Assembly (NCBI GenBank): GCA_950097015.1
Contig: CATNEN010000028.1
Span: 930,001 to 994,000 of the forward strand
Length of the DNA: 64,000 bases
Reading direction: 5' to 3'
Source of the DNA: Macrostomum hystrix
Lineage: Eukaryota > Animalia > Platyhelminthes
Of this stretch, positions 23,702-34,792 are shown one piece after another. Position 1 is the stretch's first letter; every line of letters begins with the position of its first letter. Below the pieces are notes generated by a model. It was not told the DNA's origin, ran no database searches, and saw nothing but the letters and a program-made list of their open reading frames with translations. The translations under genes and the position numbers were made by a program.

Positions 23702-24122
23702 ATATTGTTAAACTAAGTTAACAACTTGGGGTATTCAAAATCAAGAAACACTTTGAAGCCAAATTAAACAGCTACAAATTTACTTTAATTAACACCAATT
23801 GAAAATACATTAACATTGACCATGTCGCTTTGTAAAGCGTATGCTTCATAGGTTATAACTTATATTTCTAACACATCAATAGCGATTTCAAATAGAATCA
23901 TGAGTAATCATTTGTACAAGCGAGGAAAGGCAAATCAAATCATAGCGACAGAGCACAGTGAGCGAATGGCAACAACTTTGAGATAACCAGGCAATCGATA
24001 CACAAGATAAACAAACCACAATAATTTGAGAAGAGATTAAATTTGAAAACTAAATTAAAAATTCCGATTTCCACACTAGAAGGAAGGCACAGACAGGGAG
24101 GGGACGCATTGTGATGCAACTG

Positions 24123-24338
24123 TCAGTAGAATAGTACACAGACAGCCATGACTAGGCAGCAGCAGGCCACGTAGGGCGACTTTCGCTCGCCGATGCGGGC
24201 GCACTTCCAAAAGATTCCGGGCAGGCCGGTCTTGTAGCGATCAATCAGTCTAGGAAATAGGTGGCGGAAATAGGCGCAGGTGCAAATTAATAGTAGAACA
24301 ACGGTTAGCAAGGATTGAAAGTTGAATACGGCCGACAT
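24123..24338 (-). CDS. TMEM167: Protein kish (TMEM167), 71 aa, intronless CDS
   Basis: [23 protein letters not shown]...[27 protein letters not shown] is the characteristic kish sequence. Confidence 0.95.
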   Translation of the reverse strand: MSAVFNFQSLLTVVLLLICTCAYFRHLFPRLIDRYKTGLPGIFWKCARIGERKSPYVACCCLVMAVCVLFY

Positions 24339-24504
24339 GATTGCTTTTGGAGAGGCTGCAAATGAAACGGAAATTAGATTATTCATTTCAGTAGATACAA
24401 AACGCGTTTGCCTCTCGCGCCAAGGTCCCCGAGCTCGATTTCGCGGCGACGCCACTTTCATTTGGGGCGCAGCCGCGGAGAGAAGGCTTTGTGATCATTT
24501 TACG

Positions 24505-24815
24505 CCCTTGAGGGCTAACCTCCAAGGCACAGTGAGTGTACACTGCCTGACGATGAGAAACTCAGGGCAGATGTACACTCCTGTGTGACCGTGCGTACAG
24601 TATCTGTGTGCGTGTGTGCTCGGGAGTCAGCGAAATGGGCAGAATTGCCTCTTCGCTTGCTGCGGGTCTAGTGTCAGCAAATGATGTTCCATTGCCCACA
24701 GCCCTCGTGCAATTATTGTTATTGTTAGGGAATAAGTGTAAAGGTCGTAGTTTTGAATCCATCGAGATTGGAATCGAACTCCTGACCTTTTGGCCCGAAG
24801 CTAAAACCACTAAGC
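24505..24815 (-). mobile_element. tRNA-headed SINE with a LINE-related tail
   Basis: Minus strand reads GCTTAGTGG (A-box)...GAGTTCGATTCC (B-box) at ~24815-24770. The 3' ~160 bp is homologous to 15290-15457. Confidence 0.5.
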
Positions 24816-25184
24816 AAAAAACCTTAGAGGATATGTTAAATCGACTGAAAAAAATAAAATAAACAACTAATGTTTCATTACAAATTAAACTAGAAGCTTA
24901 TAAAAAACAAGCAAGCAATAGTTCAATTATACGATTTATATTTCTTCTTGTCTACTAACATTCAAATAATAACAAGCAGAGAACAATAGCAGTAATGCAT
25001 TTTTTATGCAAAATAACTACACTTTAAGGTTGACTTATTTATTTGCTAACAATCTAACAGACTCTCCTATGTCCACAATAGGATAGCTTTACAAAGTTTA
25101 AAAAATGGGAGCGGCTAATCAAAACAAGACTAACAGGAAGGCTGGCATTTAATTGATATGGCCATGACAGGGTTATGAAGGAAG

Positions 25185-25475
25185 CAGCCAATAAAAATTT
25201 TGATAGGGGTAGGAGGGTGGCAGCCAATTAAAATGTGGATAGGGTTAGGAGGGTGGCAGCCAATTAAAATTTGGATAGGGGTAGGAGGGTGGCAGCCAAT
25301 TAAAATGTGGATAGGGTTAGGAGCGTGGCAGCCAATTAAAATTTGGATAGGGGTAGGAGGGTGGCAGCCAATTAAAATTTGGATAGGGGTAGGAGGGTGG
25401 CAGCCAATTAAAATGTCGATAGGGGTAGGAGGGTGGCAGCCAATTAAAATGTCGATACGGGTAGGAGGTTAGCAG
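25185..25475. repeat. 36-bp minisatellite (GATAGGGGTAGGAGGGTGGCAGCCAATTAAAATTTG)
   Basis: About 8 copies between MRPL37 and kish. Confidence 0.9.
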
Positions 25476-25635
25476 CTAATCATAATGAGAGGACAGTAAG
25501 AAGATGAAGGCTATATTATAATTTTCTGCTTTTCACCAACCACTTCAAATTCCGAAAAAATTCGTGATCAAAATAAGCGATACAAATGCAACGCGAATCC
25601 CGGTGAAAACTCTTAGTCCGAAATAAAGAACACTC

Positions 25636-27745
25636 TCAATCCATTCCATAGCGATACAGAGTCAGCAGTTTAGCATAGACGCCAGCATCCAAGTCGCTAT
25701 AAGTGGAATAGCGTACTTTATCATCTAGCGGCACCTGTTTATTAACTAGCCGATTCCCAGCGTCAACCCAGGCTAGATTCTTAACGCCAGAGTCATCGTT
25801 CAGCGCCAGGGTGTTCAACTGGTAGCAGACGAAATCGAAGTAGACACCGTCAGTGCACACAGCCAGCGTTACCACTGGTCTGGGCAGTATTTTGCCGTCC
25901 ACGCTACTGGCGCCAAATTCGGCTCGAGCCTGCGCCACGGCCTGGCCGAAACAGTTGACAACGCCAGCTGCCGAGCGGTGCTCCAATCCGATTGGTCTGG
26001 ACTCTGGGGCGTCGAAATTGCACCATAGATTTGGCAGATCAAATGACACGGCGGCCAGATGGCAGTGGGCCAAGCCTGCAGAGTCATCGATGCCGGAACT
26101 GGACACGTTGCTGTCATATCGATCGGTGTCCTCCAGATCAATCAGCGGACTCAGTGGGTACAGGCTAGGCAGGCTGGCGGACGACGTGGCCTCCACAGAT
26201 TGACTGTCGGCTAATGCGGCTAGAGGTCGTCGACCAATCAGATGGAATGGGCGGTGCTCCTATTCGAATAGCAGAGGGGCGTTTAGAGTTCGCCTACTTA
26301 GAGTAGCAATGAAAGTATTCTTTGCATAAAATAAACTAAAAGATAAGAAATAAAGGAATTATTTAATTAACCAGACGATTTTGAATTCTACGAGCTATAT
26401 TGAAGCATAATTAATAGGAGGCCAGTGTCTATGGCAAATACCTGAAAATGCACCGGCACGCCGCGCCAATGAAACGCAGTCTCTAATAAGCAGTCGCGCA
26501 GCAATTGTCTATTACAGTCCGGATGCCGCAGGGCGGCCCAGCGCAGCAGATTTGACATCAGGTGGCGAACAATGCGATCCGGTGGTATGCCAAAGTCGGC
26601 CAGGTATTTTTGAGTTATATCCTGCATTTTCAGCGGCATTTTAAGATATTCAAGGAAGGTATGGGAATTAAAATGGAATAAGGTACTAGAGGAGATCGAC
26701 CCAGTCAGGTGTCAGGGGCGGACCGTGGCCCAGTCAGGTGTCAGGGGCGGACCGTGGCCCAGTCAGGTGTCAGGGGCGGACCGTGGCCCAGTCAGGTGTC
26801 AGGGGCGGACAGTGGCCCAGTCAGGTGTCAGGGGTGGACAGTGGCCCAGTCAGGTGTCAGGGGCGGACAGTGGCCCAGTCAGGTGTCAGGGGTGGACAGT
26901 GGCCCAGTCAGGTGTCAGGGGCGGACAGTGGCCCAGTCAGGTGTCAGGGGCGGACAGTGGCCCAGTCAGGTGTCAGGGGCGGACAGTGGCCCAGTCAGGT
27001 GTCAGGGGCGGACAGTGGCCCAGTCAGGTGTCAGGGGCGGACCGTGGCCCAGTCAGGTGTCAGGGGCGGACCGTGGCCCAGTCAGGTGTCAGGGGCGGAC
27101 CGTGGCCCAGCCTAATGACCAAAGCCCAAAGCCATCCGCGTACCTGCGGGTTGAATCGTTTCGGCAGCTTGGCATCGTCAGCATGCCAGTGATGTGCGTG
27201 CATAACGGCCCGCTGCAGAGCGTCGGTGTCAATCGCTGTCAGAGATTCTGTCAGGCTAGGCAATTTAGCAGACAGGCAGTCAGGTAGGCCTTGATTAATA
27301 AGAGTCTTGGTGAGGGCTGAAGCCTGCTTCTCTGGATGCTCCCACAGCAGGCGCCAGTTGAACAGTTTGGCCGGCTGCTCTTGTTTCCTGGAAAAAAATT
27401 TAATCCTAACAATAAAACTAACGAATTTAAGATAATATAAAAATAAGAAGATTCGAATTGAACTAGCCTCGGATTTTTCCACAGCCAATTAGAGAAGTCC
27501 GGCGGTTGCCAATCCAGATGGGGAGTGGTGGCGGCCAGCAATTCTTGTTCGTAACGATCAGACTCAAACATGTCCTCCGGCTGGTGCTTAGACAGCTCAG
27601 CGGCCACCTCAGGCCTGGGTCTGGGCACAATGACATTCATAAACCGGCCCTTGTCGCGCCACATAATTTTAGACAAATATTCATATTTCTGAGTTCGGCC
27701 AGAGCGCACACCTTGGGCATAATAGAGTAGCCTGGTTAGCCTCAT
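25636..27745 (-). CDS. MRPL37: Mitochondrial ribosomal protein mL37; join(complement 27468..27745, 27144..27387, 26442..26621, 25636..26259), ~441 aa
   Basis: C-terminal LPRPVVTLAVCTDGVYFDFVCYQLNTL...GVKNLAWVD and FGIP..RIV match mL37. Exon phases are consistent and the length is in the expected range. Confidence 0.85.
26700..27110. repeat. 29-bp GC-rich minisatellite in MRPL37 intron 2 (CCCAGTCAGGTGTCAGGGGCGGAC[C/A]GTGG)
   Basis: About 14 copies; source of ORFs 26709..27287 and neighbours. Confidence 0.95.
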
Positions 27746-28319
27746 TGGTGCTGTAAACCAAATAGAAAGTATAAAAATGTTAAAAAATCAATACGCCCTG
27801 GTTAGCTTTTGAAATTTTAAAAACAAAACTGTCACAAATCAAGAATAAAGTAGTACATAATATTTATGTTGGTAGCTAGGCTATAATAAATAAAAACATA
27901 ACTTAACAAAGTTATCAAAGAATATCAAATGTGTTTTTTTCACGACATAGATATATTGATATCAAAGCACATATACAAAAGTTAATAAAATTTCTCAGGA
28001 AACTAAAATCTCTTGAAATTAAATTGCTCAAAACTATAATTAATTGTCTAGGCAGAAACAATAAGCCAGAAAAAAACTAATGAGACAAATATGAAAACCT
28101 TCAACTAAATGTCTAGCTTGTCCTTTTATTTTACTTGGTTAGCAACACTATTATAGAACTCAATGATGTGGAGTGTGCTGCGGGAATCGAGTGGGAGTGT
28201 GAGCCAGCATAATTTTTCAAATTTTTAAGTATCTAATAATTGCGACCCACATAGCAGCTGGACGCAAACAAGATCATTAATCTTAGGGCCGGGTTTTGGG
28301 CGGCGGTGAATTAAGTAGC

Positions 28320-29850
28320 CGTCGAATCCCTTCTCCCTGGATCTGTCTAGACCCCTGTAGGAATGACTGATCGCGGCCATAGCTTTTATTGTATGAGTAG
28401 TTTAGGTCATAATTCCCTCCCAAACCGCGATCAGATATCGGGAATCACTCGGGCATTATGAGTGATCATTAATTCTTCATGTCCCCATTTCTTTACAGTA
28501 TTCAAGCCCAGCTCGACTTTACGACCTCCCTCTCTTTAGATACATGTAAATGTCACTGTAAGCAGGTCGGCGCCTGCGCTTCCCATTGTCCCGGCGGATC
28601 GACCTCCTACTTCCACTTAGGGCTTAGACCCTAGAGCTATAAGCTCAGACCAGTTTTACAGGCACATTGCCTGCTCCTAATCCCCTAAGTTCAAGCCACC
28701 TCTTTGGGTGAGCCTTCAAATTGAGCCATAGAGCTCCCCTAGTGTGTTGGCCCCTGCCAGCTCATTTTAGCTTTTTCCCTTCTCTGACTTTGCTATTTTG
28801 CCCTGCCCTCCTTCAAGAACGACAGGCCTGTGGCACACAATCGGCACCCAGCTAAGTAACCCGCGCAGCGGCTTTGTAATTGTTAATCCTAAGGGACTTT
28901 TCTTTAATTAGGCGGAACTTTAGTGGGGAAAGGGCACTTGGACTTTTTGGCCTAAAAAATTAGTACAACTATTGCCAAATCTATTAACCATAGGCAAATC
29001 TTTAATAACAATTTAAATCCTCTCTGCTTTATTCTCCATGTTTATTTTATCTCTTAGACAGCCCTCAGAGATGAGTGGCTAATCTCCTAGGGGGTGGGCT
29101 CTGGTGATGCCGAGCTGAAGGCTGCGGCAGGAAGACAACTGTGAACGCGCACAAGAGTAATATGGAGCTAGGGATTCGCGGGCAGATGCAGAGCGTAGCA
29201 TGTGCACCTCTGCCGGGGTGCGGGGGATTCCTTGGCGGGCTTCTCTCTCTCCCCGGCAGATCAAAGGGGTACGTGTCGAACTCCCTTGCCAATGGAGTTC
29301 CCCTTCTTTTCCCCCTCCTCTCGCAACTACCGCCACAGGGGCGGGAGCGAGGTCTAAATAGTCTTTCGCTTGCGTAAGCACTCAGCCAGTGTTCTGCCTA
29401 ATCTCTCCTGCCTCTGATTTCCTCATCTCACACAGATTCGGATTTGTTAGTTATCTAATGTGTAGGCTGCAATCTAATGTACGGAATGTGTCTGATGTTT
29501 CATGAGTAGGATTCTGGCTATGGATTTTCATTCGAGTTCTTAGTACCACCTTTCTAGACCCCTGTAGCGCGAATTCAGGAATCCCCTGTTGAGGCGTGTC
29601 TCGATCCATTCTGGGGTTCTCACCCCAGTCTAAAACGGAAGTTGCAGAATGCCCTATTTTTCGGCTTGTCTAGATCTGTGTGATGAACTGGGAGCTGTGT
29701 ACTCCGGGGACCCAAGTTCCCAAATGTCTGCGGTGGCAACGTAGGCGCATTGGGTGGTGGCGCTACCCGAGATCTTTTTCCGCTTTGCCAATAGCCTTTC
29801 CGCATTTCTGTGACAAGAGCCTGGGCCGATTCGACCACCGCTACCAAGAT
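28320..29850 (-). mobile_element. Possible decayed LTR-retroelement gag/protease fragments
   Basis: A GC-richer island with broken minus-strand frames containing a knuckle-like KNRAFCNFRFRLG and protease-like VEVGG...MGSAGADLLTV. No intact domain is present. Confidence 0.3.
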
Positions 29851-30067
29851 TAGGAGTCAGTTATTTACATGCTACTGATGACAGTAGGCTCTCTAGTCTT
29901 GTCCTATCCGATTGCGGGTAGTCCGACACCTCACTTTAGACTTTTAGCCTGTAGAGAGTTGTAAAATGTGCTTTTTGCTTAACGCGCTACTTAAAGTAAT
30001 GCCATAAGGAACTCTTAGCTACAACATTTAATCTATTTTTAGGAATGAGTCATACGCTATTTTTAGA

Positions 30068-30906
30068 AACAGTCATGTGACATGAAACCGGAGAACCGGT
30101 TCTTGACAGCTGTGTTTGCTTGAATTCCAAATATGGTAAAGCAAACAATTATGACTCATCGGGTTCTGCGTCTGTGTTTGCACTGTATTCCAAATATGGT
30201 AAAAACTCACAATCATGACTCACTAAACAAATATGTGTGACCTAAGTAAACACCCGGTAGTAGAACCGGTTTTTCCCCAAGGTTTTGCTATAAATACAAG
30301 CGAAAATCCGAGCTAAAAATTCAGACTCGGAGCGGTCCACCGGACTTCAAAACACCTTACGAAGAAGAGGACTCATCTCTGAGGGAAAGACAAGTGGTAA
30401 GCGCTTTACTAGACAGAGTAATTTATTGCTAGCAATAGTTGTTGAATTGAACTAAGTTTACGAGAGCCACATATCGTCGATACATTTGAGAAAGGCCTCC
30501 TTGTTTCCTAGGATACATTCCTAGAGGATTATTGATTGATTTGATTTGAGTTATCCGTTATCTTTCGGAGGTAACGAAGAAGACGCCCTTCAGGAGGACC
30601 TACTAGAGATATACAAGAGAGATTTCAATTGTTCACTAGGGCGCACGTTTCTATTGTGAATTCCGAGCTCGAGGAAACCGAAAAGTAATCTGATTCGCTC
30701 TCGTCATTTATTGGCCAACAGACAAACTCAAGCAGCTGCCAGGAAGACAAAAGAAGACAAGACTACCAAGACTCAAGAAACACAGACTCGAAACCTCACG
30801 GTCGACCAGAATAAGAAGAAGAAGAACTACCGGATTTCAAGGACCCAGAAGACTACGAACTACTTAAGGAAGAAGAAGCAATTGCAGTAAGTGTCACGTG
30901 ACTGTT
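30068..30906 (+). mobile_element. ~840-bp segment bounded by 15-bp inverted repeats, with an LTR-like promoter and a decayed ORF
   Basis: AACAGTCATGTGACA (30068-30082) / TGTCACGTGACTGTT (30892-30906). Inside: a duplicated CCAAATATGG + TGACTCA block, CTATAAATA near 30288, a donor-like GGTAAG and a stop-interrupted acidic frame. Confidence 0.4.
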
Positions 30907-33900
30907 ATAAATTCCTAGGCAATTGTTCCCCATTGTCTAGAAGTGGGAGTTTCGTGTGTCTGATCAACACGCAAAACTCTTCAAGCCGGGTTCGAGCATC
31001 GCTAGGGGTAGGCACGGCAGTCATGCCTGTGGCCTATGGGACGAGTGGGACTGGCCAGCCTGAGGCCAATAGGACCACTCCCTGCATCCTTTGTACTGCC
31101 TCATCTCTCCCTTCATCTCTCCCTTCATCCCTCCCTTCGTCTCATCCCTCTCCGCGACAACTCGCGGCAGCAGCGAGATCGACCTCCGACTCGACTGTCG
31201 TTTTCCACACTCCTATCTTTCACGAGGGCGGTCATTGGCTTGCAAAAGCCCTAACCATTTCATCAATAAATATCCATACAAAAGAAGAAGAAATTGCATC
31301 ATAAATAGCAATTTTGATAATTTAAACATGAATCACAATATGTCTAAGTTGGCATTTATCTGTCCATTTTAATTTATTACTTTAATACAAAAGTAACATT
31401 AATTTGTCAGCTACATGGTTAGGCCAAAATACTCCAATATATATATAGAAAATGTGTTATTCTTGCACTTGCCAGTGCCAAGACAGCTAAAGAGTAATAG
31501 TGAGATAGGGCCCCCATTTGAATAAATTCCTAGAAACTATTTCCCACAAAATTAATATTTTGTTTTTAATTTATGTAAATTTTGTTTAAATGCACCATTT
31601 GTTTGTTCTCAAGCACTTATTTCAGTTATATTGCACAACCCAAATACTAAACTGTAGTGATTTTTACTTATGTATTTTTACTTACTTACCAATAGAAAAC
31701 AACAGCATATAAACAAAACTATTGTAAATTGAGGACTTGTAACAACCAGAGGATGTGTTAAGTTATAGTGAAATCATTTTGTTATCTTCTCAGATAACAT
31801 CTAAGTAGATTACCCATTGAAAATATCTTTTCTCAAGCATTTACAACAGCTTCTATGCATAGCCTGAATGCTTAGAAAGCTGCTAGCAATGAAATTAGAA
31901 GAGTAAATAGTAATAAAGTAATAAGCCTCATTACAATTATAGGTTTTTTAAACTAGGGCCTAGTTATTTAAATTACATGAAAAAATTAACTGATAGGCCT
32001 ATAGAATGTAGCTTAATTAGTTTAAGCATTTTGCTTTAGAGATTGCCTAATTGACAAGGTCATTTTCTGTCTATCGATGTTCCTTAACAAAAATCAATAA
32101 CTGCTCCTTAATATAATAATTTATAAGAATATAATATAATAGAATAATATAAAATAGTATAATATAATAAGATGGGCATACGGTAAAAACTTAGCATTTC
32201 TTTTTTAAATGATTGTTCTGCTATAGTTTACAAAACAATTTTATTATTGCTATTTATATAAGCCTATATTATATATAAGTCAGATCATGGCTCATGCCCA
32301 TGACTACTTGTAAGTTGCTTGGTGGTGACGTGGTGTTAGCAATAATACCAATAATATAATTACTTAAAACGAATTTATGAATTTTGAGCTGATCTTGACT
32401 AGATTAGTAAGAGTAGTAGAGAGAAAAGCGATTCTTATTTCTTTATTGTGTCAGGGATTATAGGAGCCTAAGTATTTTTAAGTTGTCGCAATACTTAAAT
32501 GATAATCCGAACTTGATGAACAATGTTGAGTTAGGCCCTACTAATAAACGAGCTACCAAGCAATAGCGAACACGATATTTAAATCATTTGGTGCTAATTC
32601 TAACAATATTATATTTTGCAATGTCGGCGATTCAGCGATACTGAATTAAAAACAAGTACTGAAGATATTGAAATGAAGTAATGGTTAAAACTTTTTAAAA
32701 CTTTCGTCGATTATTCGTTGTCTTTTCACAGAAACGCATAATCAGCACAGCCAGCGCATGATGAAAAAGTGAAATAAACAAAAAATTGTAGACAAAATTT
32801 TATTTTCAACGAAATCTTTGCTTGGTTTCTGCTTTGTAGTACAGGTCTGCAGGGTGCCAATGATCGATGTGTAAATTTAAGCTTCCATACTGCAGACAAT
32901 ATCATTTTCTTTTTATTATTAATCGATTCATCCTTTTTTCATCCATCCATCCTCTATTCATCCTTTCTTCTTTTAAAATGTTTAGCTGTGGTTTGATAGC
33001 CATGGAAAAGGAACTTAAAAAAGCATATAACTTGTCGGTATGCAGCAGAACGCCTGTTCAACTAGCTGCAGGCGGCCATGGCAGAGTTGTGACCGGCCTC
33101 ATCAAGAATACCATAAGAGAGACGAGAGATTCGACTACTGACATTCCGGCATGATACAGCTACTAGTACCTGCTGCTATCCGCTGTCGAGATGAAAATGT
33201 GCATGGCGCTCACGGTCTTTATCCAGTACCTCGGCGGTCTGGTATGTCACAAGCGTGCAAGACGACAACGCGGGGGCAGCCTGGGTGCTCGGCTTCCGGG
33301 GGGTGGTCGCTCCCTGCGGACTCTACACTATACTGGCCAAGTGACCTGCGCTGCTTCCAGGCCGGCTGTAGGGTTCTTTTGTACTACGCCTAGACCCTTG
33401 TGGTAGACCCTGACCAGCCCGCAAGGAGCGGCAGCTGGGTGCCATGAGGCACACTGCGCTTCTCCCCGTGTACAACAATCCGACATCGGCTGACTTTCCC
33501 GACGTCACGGCGACGTCCAACGACGTCGATGGCAAATGGGAACTTTTACACAACGCCGACGAAATTCGACGAAATCCGTCGATTGAACGTTCCCATTTGT
33601 AAAAGTTATTATTAACCATCGACGTCACTGGAAGTCAGAAACGGTGCCAGCGACGACCGACGTCAGATTGTTGTACGGGGCTTTAGGTAGGAGTTCACTA
33701 CTCGTGGAAAGTCAAGACTAACATCAATAATTAATGAGCTTTATCGCCGAGCTCAGCTTCGCTGCCCGAGCCAGCTTTTGCGCTTTTAAATGGCTGAATA
33801 AATCTACGTAGCTAATTGAACTGTGATGAATAAACTGTATATTAATATATAGCTGTCAGACAAAGCTGGATAATAGTGGAATCGCTGTTGTATGCACAGA

Positions 33901-34438
33901 ATTTACTGTAAATATGCAAGTCTAATATTTTCATAAACTATATACTCATACATACAAAAGAGATTATCGGCTTATTCACAAGAAAATCAAAAATGTTCTC
34001 TTCTTTCTTCGTACCAATGGTATCCCCTGTAGTAGTTTGATGGTAATTTTAATTCTCAGCTTTCTGTTTTTTTCTGTTTCCAAGACACATTGCCTCACCA
34101 TCATTTGTTCGGACAGTAGGGCAATTATTAAGCAACAGCGCCTGAGCGGAATTGTGTTTTAAAAATAGCAAAACTACAATCTACTGCCACTAAATCACTA
34201 AAAGCATTTTTAAGCGCATAAAATCTACGTGGCATTGTCAGGCAATACGAGTGAGTGAGAGAGATGCATCGGCGATGCTGAGTATTGTTGCTGCTGCGTT
34301 GCTTGCTATGGAAGCCTAGGCAATTCGCTTGTGCTGACGGAGCTGCACACGGCTCTAGGAAATGGGAAAGCATGCCGGGGAAGGAGGGTAAGCTAGACTG
34401 CAACTGGGAAGAGAGAAGGGAGAAACAACAAACTGACC

Positions 34439-34452
34439 TTCGCCATGGCAAC
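34439..34452. promoter_or_regulatory. Partial RFX X-box upstream of the coiled-coil gene
   Basis: TTCGCCATGGCAAC has a perfect right half-site and lies ~340 bp upstream of ATG 34793. Confidence 0.4.
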
Positions 34453-34792
34453 TGACAACAGTTGGCCAGTCCGTAGCTCCACCTCAGCTGCAGCTCTCCC
34501 CTCTTTCTGGCCCCAGTCTTTCTCTGGCTGTACTAGCAATTTCCCGAGTTTTCTTCCCTCTTGGATGCACTTCTCATCTGGCTGCTGCAGCTGGCGCCTC
34601 TCCCCCCATTCAGGACTCAATTGTTCTCACCGTAGCAGCGAGGGCTGGACTCACGGAGTATAGGAACAAATATTAGGGGAGCGAAGTGGGAGAAAAGCCA
34701 AAGAGAAAGAGAAGGGAAGGATACCAAGGAGCCTCATTGTTGCATGCTGCATTGAAGCTGATTCCAGCACCCCGGGCATCCAGCTAGCAAGA

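Noticed and set aside
26709-27287. ORFs of 125-192 aa on the + strand
   Set aside because: Translations of the 29-bp intronic minisatellite of MRPL37.
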